Source: Nitrososphaerota archaeon (GTDB taxonomy: Archaea; Thermoproteota; Nitrososphaeria_A; Caldarchaeales; Calditenuaceae). From it: a stretch of DNA of 64,000 nucleotides. Positions 9,213-18,964 of the stretch are shown here, in pieces. Below the pieces are notes generated by a model that was not told where the DNA came from, ran no database searches, and saw nothing but the letters and a program-made list of their open reading frames with translations. The translations under genes and the position numbers were made by a program. The first letter of the stretch is position 1, and each line of letters opens with the position of its first letter. The stretch spans positions 800,001 through 864,000 of the forward strand of contig JBEPYO010000001.1 in NCBI GenBank assembly GCA_041641295.1. Reading direction: 5' to 3'.

Positions 9213-10087
9213 TCTAGCGGGGTTCTCGTCAGCACCGTTTCTCTGATTCTCTTAATAACCTGAACTTGGTCCTTTGCCTTGATCGTGCTCGTGCCCTTTA
9301 AGGCTATGGTCAGTCTTTGCAGGGCCTGCCGCGGTAGCCTATAGTATATTTTCAGCCTCCCCTTAGCTGGTTTGAAGAGCCCTACATAGTTGTTTATTTT
9401 TTCGATGCCGCGGTTGAAGTCGACGTAGGTCAGAAGTTCTGCTAGAGCCTCTCTCGCTAGCAGATGGTTCTCACCAGCGATCTCTAGAGCCTCAACAACT
9501 TTATTATAGGTTGGTATTCGTCTACCAGCCTCCTCGACTATCCTGGCAGCCATAGCCGCCATTTGCCTCTCCGTGCACCTTATGGCCTCCCTCAGGATTT
9601 CCCTCTCGACACCCTTGTTCAAAGCCCTCATCCCATTCAACAAGCTTTGATGGTTTCTCAGCAGTACTTGGAATGCGCTGATTAGCCTCCGCATCTCGAG
9701 GAAGTCCTCATCAATCTCCCTGAACCATTTCTTCTCTACCCTCATTAAGGCTCTGAGGTCATTCCTAGCAGTCTTAGATAGTCTAAGCTCCTCTCTTTTC
9801 TGCCTCAACATCGTAAGCCTTCTAAGGTGGTAGACTCGTACGCCCCTTCTCAGCACCTCAACGAACTCGTCTGTGAGTTCTATTGGTATGACATCAACGT
9901 AGAGCTCATCACCGGCCTCCGCTGGAATATCGGCGATCTTAGAAGCCTTGCCGAAGGCCTCACCGTCAACAATGTATACATGATAGTTCTCCTCAGTCTT
10001 ATTCTTACGCCTTTTATTGGCCAGTCTGTGAACATCGACGTAGAACCTTCTAACAGCTCTTCCGGGAATCTGCATTATTTCCATCAT
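9158..10087 (-). CDS. Divergent IS110-transposase/TasR-like protein (RuvC-like, coiled coil and Nop-like domains)
   Basis: FYVDVH (D18), LYVD (D65) and KTARND (cf. IS110 KTDxxD); long coiled coil; ALAELLTYVDFNRGIEKINNYVGL (cf. AEIGDxxRFxxxxxLxxYxGL). No PxxxxSG serine loop. Confidence 0.65.
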   Translation of the reverse strand: MMEIMQIPGRAVRRFYVDVHRLANKRRKNKTEENYHVYIVDGEAFGKASKIADIPAEAGDELYVDVIPIELTDEFVEVLRRGVRVYHLRRLTMLRQKREELRLSKTARNDLRALMRVEKKWFREIDEDFLEMRRLISAFQVLLRNHQSLLNGMRALNKGVEREILREAIRCTERQMAAMAARIVEEAGRRIPTYNKVVEALEIAGENHLLAREALAELLTYVDFNRGIEKINNYVGLFKPAKGRLKIYYRLPRQALQRLTIALKGTSTIKAKDQVQVIKRIRETVLTRTPLEAEDHAGLGQQGKTLRPV

Positions 10088-10141
10088 CTATTCATCTCCC
10101 CCGCTATCAACATAGTAACACACCATGTTGTCAGGAAGTAG

Positions 10142-10784
10142 TCGAGAAAAGTCTGGTCAAGGGTTAGCTGTATGCCAGCCCAAGCCATACTAGCAGCAGA
10201 GTGGGAATTGAGGTTATATAGTCTTTTAGACCCCTCAGTGAAAGTAACAACTCCTGTTTCTAGCTTTCGCAATCTTTCTAGACTTCACCATGGCCTTGAG
10301 CAGTTAGTAGTATAAGGGTGATGTCTTAGGTAGAGAGGATACTATCGTTGATAAGGAGTCCAGTATTACAGATGAGAGTGATGTTAAGGGTGTGAGGACG
10401 ATTAAGAGGGGCTTGAGGGTGTTTAAGAGGCCCCAGAGCTGAGATATGAGATAACAGCCGAGTAACAGCCAGCATTAAGACGCTCAAACAGTTGTTTAAT
10501 CGGGACTGTGATAAGGTTGAGGTGATTATATCCCTAACCGTCTATCGATAAGGCCGGGCATGATGACGGGTTCATAAAAGCATCCATACAGGATACAACG
10601 AATACGGGGACATACTGTATATGCTTATAAAGACTTTATCAGACAAGGTGACTGCAAGGGTAGGCTGTGTAAGCGTCATAGAGCCCAGAAGCCGTATGAG
10701 TGGCTCATAGAAACAGCGGCTTATTCAGAGATAGGGGAGATGGGTCATATTTTGGCGCCCAGACTACATGATAACAGCTGGTAA
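10142..10784 (+). pseudogene. Decayed PCNA (sliding clamp)-like gene, copy 1
   Basis: Frameshifted pieces IKTLKQLFNRDCDKVEVII, ILYMLIKTLSDKV, VRLCKRHRAQKPYEWLIE and AYSEIGEMGHILAPRLHD match the copy at 41748-42300. The 5' limit is uncertain. Confidence 0.5.
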
Positions 10785-10946
10785 GAGCCTTAAATAAAAC
10801 AAGTTTTTCTTCTGTATTTTGTCCTTATCTCCCAGTTATTCTCGGCCAGCACCTCCGAGAAGAATTCTCCGCATAACACCTCACCTCTGTCTGTTAGGAC
10901 GCCCATAGGAAATTAAAGTTTAAACATTTGCTATTTTCCAGCAACT

Positions 10947-11801
10947 TTGGATATGGTGCTACTGGGTGCTCATGTCTCGATTTCTGGCTCGATTGCGCTT
11001 TCGGTAGATAGGGCGAGGGAGCTGGGCTGCACGACCTTCCAGATATTCACTAGGAATCCTCGGGGGTGGATTTCTAAGAGGTTGAAGGATGAGGAGATTG
11101 AGGAGTTTGTGCGGAAGAGGAGAGAGGCGGGGTATGAGGTTGTGGTTGCGCACATGCCATATCTCCCCAACATAGCTAGCCCCGAGGCCCTGAGCTGGAG
11201 GCGGTCTGTGAAAAGCCTCGCCGAGGAGCTTCAAAGGTGCGAGATGCTGGGGCTCGACTACCTCGTATGTCATATTGGAAGCCACATGGGTAAGGGTCTT
11301 GAGAAGGGCATCTCACAGGTCGCCAGAGCCGTCAATGAGACAATATCAAAAGTAGAGGCCAAGTGTATGATTCTCTTGGAGAATATGGCTGGCCAGAAGA
11401 ATAGTGTGGGGTCCTATTTCCCACAGATAAGAGCTATCCTCGACAAGGTTGATGATGAGAAGCGGGTGGGTGTGTGTCTCGACACCTGCCACCTATACGC
11501 CGCCGGCTACGACATAGCGGTTGAGGAGGGCCTTGAGAAGACGCTCTCGGATTTCGATGAGAATGTAGGGCTTAAGACGCTTAAGGTCCTACATCTCAAC
11601 GATTCGCGGGGGAAGCTTGGAAGCCATCTGGACAGGCATGAGCACATCGGCCGGGGATATATCGGCGAGGAGGGATTCCGCATCATAGTCAACCACAAGA
11701 GTCTGAGGAACCTGCCCATGATCTTGGAGACTCCTCAGGACGAGTATGGCGGATATGAGGTGGACTTGGAGGTGGTTAGGAGGCTGCTACGTCATGCCTA
11801 G
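10947..11801 (+). CDS. nfo: Endonuclease IV (AP endonuclease)
   Basis: GAHVS, HMPYLPN, LENMAG, CLDTCH, HLNDS, DRHEHIG and ILETP motifs. Confidence 0.95.
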   Translation: MDMVLLGAHVSISGSIALSVDRARELGCTTFQIFTRNPRGWISKRLKDEEIEEFVRKRREAGYEVVVAHMPYLPNIASPEALSWRRSVKSLAEELQRCEMLGLDYLVCHIGSHMGKGLEKGISQVARAVNETISKVEAKCMILLENMAGQKNSVGSYFPQIRAILDKVDDEKRVGVCLDTCHLYAAGYDIAVEEGLEKTLSDFDENVGLKTLKVLHLNDSRGKLGSHLDRHEHIGRGYIGEEGFRIIVNHKSLRNLPMILETPQDEYGGYEVDLEVVRRLLRHA

Positions 11802-12333
11802 CGGGCTGCGCAGGACAGTGTATGCAGTTATCAGGATTGGAACCTCTAAGCTGGCCATGAAGTTTGTCCTGGTGGGTGTTGCGTGCCTCGCGCTGGCTGA
11901 GGCAATTCTTTACCTGCTTGTCGATGTTTGGGGGGTTAACTCGCTTGTCGCAGGCGCGGCCTCCATCGAGATCTCAGTGGTAGCCAACTTCATGATCAAT
12001 GATGCGTGGACTTTTAGGGAGAATAGGTCCTCGGATGGATTCTTTGCGAGGATGCTGAAGTTCCATGTAACGCGTGTCGCGAGCATTGCGGTGAACTTCG
12101 GCATTTACAGCATGTTGGTGGCCTTGCTGGGCGTCAACCACTTGGTCGCATACTTTGTAGCGACTTTCGTGGCCTTCTCCATTAACTTTCTGACAAGTGT
12201 TGTCTGGGTCTGGCGCGGCACACTAGATAGCTATACGGGGACGCCTCAGGGGAAGGCCGCCTTCTCAACCAGCAGCACGTCGGACTCGCTGAACCCTAGG
12301 ACCCTCAGGCCGCGGAGCATGAGGGCCAAGTAG
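11794..12333 (+). CDS. GtrA-like membrane protein
   Basis: KFVLVG...NFMINDAWTF, four TM helices, NFLTSVVWVW; ATG at 11794. Confidence 0.8.
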   Translation: MPSGLRRTVYAVIRIGTSKLAMKFVLVGVACLALAEAILYLLVDVWGVNSLVAGAASIEISVVANFMINDAWTFRENRSSDGFFARMLKFHVTRVASIAVNFGIYSMLVALLGVNHLVAYFVATFVAFSINFLTSVVWVWRGTLDSYTGTPQGKAAFSTSSTSDSLNPRTLRPRSMRAK

Positions 12334-12689
12334 GCGCGGGAGGGGGCCACGTGTTTTCTCGGGTTTGCTGAGATGTAGGTGTACGCCTCCTCAGCCCCCG
12401 TGTCTGTCTTGGCGATGATCTTTATGCGGCTCCTGATGTTTGGGGCTCCCTGATACCTGTCGAGGATTGGGAAGTCCTCGCTCTCTATTGTGTAGAGGGC
12501 GCCTATGACTTGGCTGTTGCTGGACTCCTCTATCCCCGCAATCCCGCCCCTCCAAGCCGCAGAGTATGTGTCGAATGTGAGCCTGTATCCCTCCAGCCTC
12601 GCCTTCCTAGGTCCCTGCCACCTAGACAGTATCCTCCTCATCACCTCTGGGTTTAGTGTTACGTCGTAGGCGAAGTAGTTGACCAGCAT
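12246..12689 (-). CDS. Gamma-glutamylcyclotransferase/AIG2-like protein
   Basis: YFAY...A.L.GYRLTF...V.GALY...LDRYQG...PSRAYL; the canonical YGS and the catalytic Glu appear substituted. Confidence 0.7.
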   Translation of the reverse strand: MLVNYFAYDVTLNPEVMRRILSRWQGPRKARLEGYRLTFDTYSAAWRGGIAGIEESSNSQVIGALYTIESEDFPILDRYQGAPNIRSRIKIIAKTDTGAEEAYTYISANPRKHVAPSRAYLALMLRGLRVLGFSESDVLLVEKAAFP

Positions 12690-12745
12690 GCGTGTCCCCT
12701 GCCAGGGAGTGGTGCAGGGTTTTATTTGAGGAGTTTCCACACTGG

Positions 12746-13687
12746 ATGTTTGGTGTGGCTGTAAGGGTTTTTGCGCCTGCGAGGCTCCACATGGGGTTCG
12801 CCTCTACGGGATGGTTGATGGCTCCTTGGTCTGGGATAGGCTTGGCGGTGGTGGAGCCGGCGACGGTTGTCGAGGCCGAGCTTGCGGATGGCCAGGGCGT
12901 TAGGGTGTATGGGCCAAGGAACGACGAGGCAGGAGAAGTGGCCAGGCTTGTTGCCGGGAGGCTTGGATTGGATGGGGGCGTTATTGTACGTGTTCTCGAG
13001 GCGCCTCCAAGCCATGTGGGTCTGGGGTCTGGGACGCAGCTCTACCTCTCGGTGCTCGAGGCTGTCTCGAGGCTAGCTGGTGTTGAGCCGCCTCTGGAGG
13101 TTCTCGTGGAGGCAGGCCTCGTCGGCTCCTTCTCGTGGGTTGGCGTGGCGGCCTTCAGGACGGGGGGGTTCATCCTCGACCTGGGCGAAGCGGCCTCGAG
13201 GATGAGGCGGTATGTCTCGCTCAGGTTTCCGGAGGACTGGTTTGTGGTTCATGCGAGGCCGCCGGGGAGGCAGGGGCATCCGAGAAGAGGCGAGGCAGAG
13301 AAGCTCAGAGGCCTGAAATATAGCGTGGAGACTGAGCAGAGGCTCGTCGAGCTCCTAATGAAAAAGATACTCCCCGGAGTCTTAGACCACGACCTAGAGC
13401 TCTTCGGGCGCGGCCTCTCCGAGTATCAGAGGCTTGTGGGCTCCGCCTTCAGCACATACCAGCAAGGAGTCTTCAACCCCGACTCTGCACCCATCGTCTC
13501 GGCCATGGAGGAGGCGGGACTGCTGGGGGTTGGCCAGTCCAGCTGGGGGCCGACGGTCTACGGGTTCACTGAGTCGCGGAGGGTGGCTGAGGAGGCGGCT
13601 CGGCTCCTAGCCCAGGAGAGGGGCTGGACCGTAACAGTAACCGTGGCCAACAACTCTGGAGCTAGGGTCGTCGAGAATTCCGCCTAG
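12746..13687 (+). CDS. mptG: Beta-ribofuranosylaminobenzene 5'-phosphate (RFAP) synthase, GHMP family
   Basis: PARLHMG, HVGLGSGTQ, GGFILD and GQSSWGPTVY motifs. Confidence 0.85.
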   Translation: MFGVAVRVFAPARLHMGFASTGWLMAPWSGIGLAVVEPATVVEAELADGQGVRVYGPRNDEAGEVARLVAGRLGLDGGVIVRVLEAPPSHVGLGSGTQLYLSVLEAVSRLAGVEPPLEVLVEAGLVGSFSWVGVAAFRTGGFILDLGEAASRMRRYVSLRFPEDWFVVHARPPGRQGHPRRGEAEKLRGLKYSVETEQRLVELLMKKILPGVLDHDLELFGRGLSEYQRLVGSAFSTYQQGVFNPDSAPIVSAMEEAGLLGVGQSSWGPTVYGFTESRRVAEEAARLLAQERGWTVTVTVANNSGARVVENSA

Positions 13688-13751
13688 AGACCGGGATAAT
13701 CCCACCCTAGCCTCTGTGGGCAATAGGCTTTAAACCGCAGCTGCAGTTTTA

Positions 13752-15548
13752 GTGGCGGGGAGGGGGGCGGGTTTGGACTTCTCGCGCCTAGTCAGCTTCT
13801 ACGAGAGGCTCGAGTCCACGACCAAGCGGCTTGAGATGCGGGATATTCTCGTGGAGCTTTTCAGGGAGTGTGACCCGGACGAGGCTGGGAAGATAGCCTA
13901 TCTCACGCTCGGCGAACTCTACCCCGCCCACGTGGGCATCGAGCTCGGCATGGCTGAGAAGCTGGCAATAAGGGCGCTGAAGCTCGTGACAGGCGTGGAT
14001 GAGCAGAGGATTGAGGAGATGCTTAGGAAGACTGGGGACCTTGGGCTTGTGGCGGAGCAGCTGCTCTCCTCAAGGAAGGCGCAGACCACGCTTAGCCTAG
14101 AGGAGCTGACAGTGGAGAGGGTCTACAGCCAGCTGGAGAAAATAGCACGGTTCTCGGGTGAGGGTGCGATGGAGATGAAGGTTAAGGCCCTCTCGGGGCT
14201 CTTGGCACAGGCCTCGCCCAAGGAGGCCAAATACCTCATCAGGCTGGTTACGGGGAAGATGAGGCTCGGGGTCGCCGACATGACTATCATAGACGCACTT
14301 GCATCGATGAGCGGTGGTGGGAAGGAGGAGATCGAGCGCGCCTACAACCTCTGCTCAGACATAGGGCTGGTCGCCTCGAAGGTGAAGGCTGAGGGCGTTA
14401 AGGGCGCGAGCAGTATTGGCATGAGGCTCGGCGTCCCTGTGAGGCCCATGCTGGCTGAGAGGCTCACATCCGCCGAGGAGATATTGGAGAAGCTAGGCAA
14501 CAAGGGCTACGCAGAGTACAAGTACGATGGGGAGAGGATGCAGATACACAAGATCGACTCTGAGATAGTCATCTTCTCTAGGAGGCAGGAGAACATTACC
14601 TCGCAGTTCCCAGACGTGGTGGAGATGTGTAGGCGTGGAATCAAGGCCCGCACTGCGATAGTCGAGTGTGAGGCTGTAGCCTACGACCCGGACACAGGCG
14701 ACATGCTCCCCTTCCAAGAACTGATGCATAGGAGGAGGAAATATGACATCGAGAAGGCGGCCCAGCTCTACCCTGTCAGCCTCTTCTTCTTCGACGCCCT
14801 CTACATCGACGGCGAGCCACTCATCGACCTGCCACTCATGGAGCGGAGGGAGAGGCTTGCAAGAATACTGGAGCCCTCAGACAACTTCATGCTAACCGAG
14901 GGAATCATGGTCTCAGACCCTGAGACACTGGACAAGTTCATGCTTAGGGCTGTGGAGGCCGGGTGCGAGGGCGTCATGGTCAAAGACGTCTCACCCAAAT
15001 CGATCTACAGAGCCGGGGCGAGGGGCTGGCTCTGGATAAAATACAAGCGGAGCTATGTCTCGAAGCTCACAGACACGCTTGACTTGGTCGTGGTCGGCGC
15101 CTTCTACGGAAAGGGGAAGAGGAGCGGCCGTATAGGCACGCTACTGATGGCGGCATACGACGACGAGGCCGACGTCTTCAAGACCGTCTGCAAGGTCGGG
15201 ACAGGATTCAAGGACGAGGACCTGGAACACCTGACAAGGACCCTCACACCCTTGGCCCTGAGCCAAAAGCCGGCCCGCGTAGAGTCTATAATGGAGCCCG
15301 ACATTTGGGTGAGGCCCGAGATGGTGCTCGAGATTGTCGGGGACGAGATCACCCTCAGCCCAATACACACCTGCGGCTGGGGTGTGCTTGCGAAGGACGC
15401 CGGCCTCGCAGTCAGATTCCCCAGGTTCACTGGGAGGTATAGGGATGACAAGTCTCCAGAGGACGCCACGACCGTCAAGGAGATAATAGAAATGTACAAG
15501 TCCCAGCTCAAGACCATAGTTAGTGGAGAGGAGAGTGAGCCTACCTGA
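13752..15548 (+). CDS. lig: ATP-dependent DNA ligase
   Basis: EYKYDGER, EGVMVK, WIKYK, DLVVVGA and RFPRF..RDDK motifs. Confidence 0.97.
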   Translation: MAGRGAGLDFSRLVSFYERLESTTKRLEMRDILVELFRECDPDEAGKIAYLTLGELYPAHVGIELGMAEKLAIRALKLVTGVDEQRIEEMLRKTGDLGLVAEQLLSSRKAQTTLSLEELTVERVYSQLEKIARFSGEGAMEMKVKALSGLLAQASPKEAKYLIRLVTGKMRLGVADMTIIDALASMSGGGKEEIERAYNLCSDIGLVASKVKAEGVKGASSIGMRLGVPVRPMLAERLTSAEEILEKLGNKGYAEYKYDGERMQIHKIDSEIVIFSRRQENITSQFPDVVEMCRRGIKARTAIVECEAVAYDPDTGDMLPFQELMHRRRKYDIEKAAQLYPVSLFFFDALYIDGEPLIDLPLMERRERLARILEPSDNFMLTEGIMVSDPETLDKFMLRAVEAGCEGVMVKDVSPKSIYRAGARGWLWIKYKRSYVSKLTDTLDLVVVGAFYGKGKRSGRIGTLLMAAYDDEADVFKTVCKVGTGFKDEDLEHLTRTLTPLALSQKPARVESIMEPDIWVRPEMVLEIVGDEITLSPIHTCGWGVLAKDAGLAVRFPRFTGRYRDDKSPEDATTVKEIIEMYKSQLKTIVSGEESEPT

Positions 15549-16111
15549 GTAGCGAGGAGCAGCAGGAGAGGACACGGCAGCTAGCCGAGCTTAAGGCATG
15601 GATTGAGCGAAGAATAATCGAGCTAAACCAAGAGCTCGACATGCTCAAGAGGATGGGAAGCTATGTGGACGAGCTTTTGACAGAGCTGAGCTTCAGGAAG
15701 GCGGACACGCTGGCCAAGACCCTGGAGCAGCCTTCGCCGACACCCCAGCCGACCCAAGCCGAGAAGCCCATGATACGCTCAATAAGGAGCAGGACAGGAG
15801 CCAACCTCGCGACCGTAAGCTACACAAGGGACGAGGTCAGGTTCCAGCTAAGCCCCGGAGTGGAGCTCAGAGGCGACGATAAGCCCTTCACATCATTCCT
15901 CCTCAGAAAGGTGCTTGACCAGATGGTTGAGGCGGATAGGAGGAGGGCAGAGGCAGGCGAGATCGACCCGGAGAAAGTCCTGAGCTACGAGATAGTCTAC
16001 GACGGCGACAGGGTCAAGGAGATTCTCGTGAGGAATTATAGGGAGGATTCTAGGCTGAGGGAGCTGATAAGCTCGGTCAGATGGACCCTCGAAACCGTAT
16101 CAGCCAAGTAG
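15545..16111 (+). CDS. Hypothetical protein with N-terminal coiled coil; probable CTG start
   Basis: The frame is open from CTG at 15545, overlapping the lig TGA, and gives LSSEEQQERTRQLAELKAWIERRIIELNQELD before the ATG at 15641. Confidence 0.7.
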   Translation: MSSEEQQERTRQLAELKAWIERRIIELNQELDMLKRMGSYVDELLTELSFRKADTLAKTLEQPSPTPQPTQAEKPMIRSIRSRTGANLATVSYTRDEVRFQLSPGVELRGDDKPFTSFLLRKVLDQMVEADRRRAEAGEIDPEKVLSYEIVYDGDRVKEILVRNYREDSRLRELISSVRWTLETVSAK

Positions 16112-16195
16112 TATAACACCCTCATAATACCTGCCGCCACCAAGGATAACACTTATCAGAGCCCCACCACATATCGCTGGGTCAGAGCGCGGCAA

Positions 16196-18964
16196 ATGAA
16201 GGTATTACTCCTAGCCTGTATAGCGGCACTGGCGGCCCTATCACTCATACTCACCCACACACCCACGGCCGAGGCAGCGACAATAACTATAACCATACAG
16301 GACTACCATGGAAACCCCCTTCCAAGCGCTAATGTCTCTCTCAGCAACTCCTCGGGCACTTTTTCGGCTTCTACCAACAGCAACGGCATAGCAACCCTCA
16401 ACAACATGAACACTACAATACCATACAACTTAACGATTACATACCTAGGCATAATAGTCAGAGAATTCACTAACTGGATTCCCGGTAGTTCTAATATCTT
16501 CAGGACAGGCGTCTTCAATGTCAGAATTTGTGTTCAGTCGTGGGGTGGAGTCCAGCCCGTGCAGGGAGCTATAGTGAGAGTTAGGTCGACTCAAACAACC
16601 CCTCAGAAGGACGATACACAGCAAACGGGCAGTGATGGGTGTGCAACCTTCCCAAGACTCCCCGGGAACAGCACCGTATACACTTACAACGCCACCTACA
16701 ACCACCAAGTATTCCAGCTCCAGATCAGCAATAGCACCACAGTCAATCTAACTGAGAATAACTACAACAATAATAACATCATACTCCGCCTCTATCGTCT
16801 CCGCCTCACGCTTCAGGATAGGGAGGGGCGGCCTGTTCAGGGCCTCCAAGCTCTGCTCTGGCGTGGGGAGAAGTCGGGCCAGGCTCATTTGACGGCGACC
16901 AGCGACCAGAACGGGGTCGCGGTCTTCAGCCTCCTCCCACAGGGCACCTACATCTACGAGGTCGTGTACAGGGGTGACACGATATACTCCGTGGACCCGC
17001 CCGAGATTGTTGGGAATAACCGTGACAGGGGGCCGATCAAGCTTCCGCTCACCAGTCTGACGTTAGAGGTCTATGACCTCAAGAACAAGCCGCTAACCTC
17101 ATACACTAAGAACTACCAGCTCGTGGCGAGGCTGTACGTAGACGCTAGGCTCTATCTCGAGACCAGCGAGGATAGTGGTGTCATTAGCATGGGATACGTC
17201 TATGATGAGAGGGACTACCGCCTGACACTCCTCTTCGAGGGCCAAGAGGTCGCCAACAGCGTCCTACAAAGCGACGACGTACAGGCTGGGACGGTCAGGG
17301 TTCAGGCCAGATTTGGAGACTTCACAATCACTTTGGATAGCGCGGGCTTCTTCGGAAACCTGCCAAAAATAATCAGCCAAAAGTCTAGCGTAAGACTCTC
17401 GGTTGGAGGCTACCAGATCACCGAGCCCTTCAGCGGCGGGAACACCGTAACATTCCGCGACCATCCAATCGTTAGATACAACTACACGATCATACTCGAC
17501 GGCCTGGTGATCGGTGAGGGAGGGCTAACACCCGCGCACGGTGAGTCCAGCAGGGTTAGGCCCAGCTCCTACACGGTCTCGGCTAGAGCATCATCTTTGG
17601 ACGATAAGCCTGTCGCAGGGGTCCTCAAGATACTCTACAGAGGCGAGGCCCTCGGAACGGTGGATGTCGCCCGCGAGGGTGGCCGGATTGAGGGGCTTGC
17701 TAGGCTGCCCTACAGGTATTCCTTCGCCTATATGGGGGTCGAGGTTGCTTCGGGCGATTTGGGGGCTGAGGCTGTCGAGGCGGGTGAGCTCTTCATAAGG
17801 GCTGGGGTGGCTGATGTCCGGGCGAGGATACTGGATTACGCGGGGGCGAACCCGCTGACCGGCGCGTTGGCAACACTCACAGTGGCATCCTATAGACAGG
17901 ACTCCGTCACGAACGAGGAGGGGCTCGCATCCTTCCCAGACGCACCACTAGCCACAGGAACAATCACTATACACTATCAGGGCGTAAAAGTCTACTCAAG
18001 CCCAATAACATACTCGCCGGAACAGAGGCTCATAGAGATACGGAACACGGGCGTCTACACCATGACATTCAAGATACTCGACGGCGAGGGCGCCCCACTC
18101 ACAGGCGCAGAGTTCAAGCTAAGCGTCGGAACACTATCAGTTGCGGAGACACTGAGGGAAGGCAGCGAGCTCACGCTGAAGTTCATCCCAAATGGGACAC
18201 TCTCACTCTCGGTCAACTATTTGGGTGTAAACGTTTACACAAGCTCCTACCGCCCCTTAAGGGATGGTGATATTGTGGAGATTGTGGGCAAGGTCTACAG
18301 GCTCCAAGTAGAGGTGTATGCGATGGGGATGGAGGGGAGGGAGCTGTTGAGGGGTGCCCAGCTCCTATTCGAGATGGAGGATAGAAGCCTCGCGGAGGCC
18401 AGCGCAGACACTGGCTCAGCAGCACTGAGGCTCCCAGCCGGAGACTACGTCGTCCGAGTCAGCTACAAGGGAGTACCCGTCGCCGACAGACTCGTAACAC
18501 TGACAGGTACGCAGAAGATTGTTATAGAGGCCGCCGTATATGAGTTCGCCTTAAAGGTCTTCAGACTCGACGGCAACCCCGCAGCGAACCTCATAGTCAG
18601 GCTTCTGAGGGAGGGCACGGACGAGCCGATTGAGGAGCTTCAGACAGACAGCGAGGGAGCCGCATCGACTATAATCCCCGGAGGCGTATACAACATAGTA
18701 TATGGGAGTGGAGACGCCATAAACACTGTGAAGATACCGGTCAAGTCAGCGTCAAGCCAGACGCTCCTCTACGGCGAGGCCCGCTCCAACAGCCTCTACC
18801 CGCTCATCGCCGCTCCAGTACTAGTTGCATTATCTATATATGGACTATACAACTCCTTCAGGGTAAAGTCTAGGGCAAGACCACCCAGCACACAGCCCCG
18901 TGAGAGGAGAGGAGCGTCGGAATGGGTTCGGAGGAGCCGGGAACGGTTGAGAAAGAACGTCTAG
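16196..18964 (+). CDS. Large secreted/membrane-anchored surface protein with repeated carboxypeptidase-regulatory-like beta-sandwich domains
   Basis: Signal peptide; repeated DxxGxPL.GA.V...T...G.A.F units; many N-x-S/T sites in the N-terminal part; C-terminal TM helix and basic tail. Confidence 0.8.
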   Translation: MKVLLLACIAALAALSLILTHTPTAEAATITITIQDYHGNPLPSANVSLSNSSGTFSASTNSNGIATLNNMNTTIPYNLTITYLGIIVREFTNWIPGSSNIFRTGVFNVRICVQSWGGVQPVQGAIVRVRSTQTTPQKDDTQQTGSDGCATFPRLPGNSTVYTYNATYNHQVFQLQISNSTTVNLTENNYNNNNIILRLYRLRLTLQDREGRPVQGLQALLWRGEKSGQAHLTATSDQNGVAVFSLLPQGTYIYEVVYRGDTIYSVDPPEIVGNNRDRGPIKLPLTSLTLEVYDLKNKPLTSYTKNYQLVARLYVDARLYLETSEDSGVISMGYVYDERDYRLTLLFEGQEVANSVLQSDDVQAGTVRVQARFGDFTITLDSAGFFGNLPKIISQKSSVRLSVGGYQITEPFSGGNTVTFRDHPIVRYNYTIILDGLVIGEGGLTPAHGESSRVRPSSYTVSARASSLDDKPVAGVLKILYRGEALGTVDVAREGGRIEGLARLPYRYSFAYMGVEVASGDLGAEAVEAGELFIRAGVADVRARILDYAGANPLTGALATLTVASYRQDSVTNEEGLASFPDAPLATGTITIHYQGVKVYSSPITYSPEQRLIEIRNTGVYTMTFKILDGEGAPLTGAEFKLSVGTLSVAETLREGSELTLKFIPNGTLSLSVNYLGVNVYTSSYRPLRDGDIVEIVGKVYRLQVEVYAMGMEGRELLRGAQLLFEMEDRSLAEASADTGSAALRLPAGDYVVRVSYKGVPVADRLVTLTGTQKIVIEAAVYEFALKVFRLDGNPAANLIVRLLREGTDEPIEELQTDSEGAASTIIPGGVYNIVYGSGDAINTVKIPVKSASSQTLLYGEARSNSLYPLIAAPVLVALSIYGLYNSFRVKSRARPPSTQPRERRGASEWVRRSRERLRKNV

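Noticed and set aside
10084-10272. 62-aa ORF upstream of the IS110-like gene
   Set aside because: No recognisable motif, and it is antisense to the probable PCNA-like relic.
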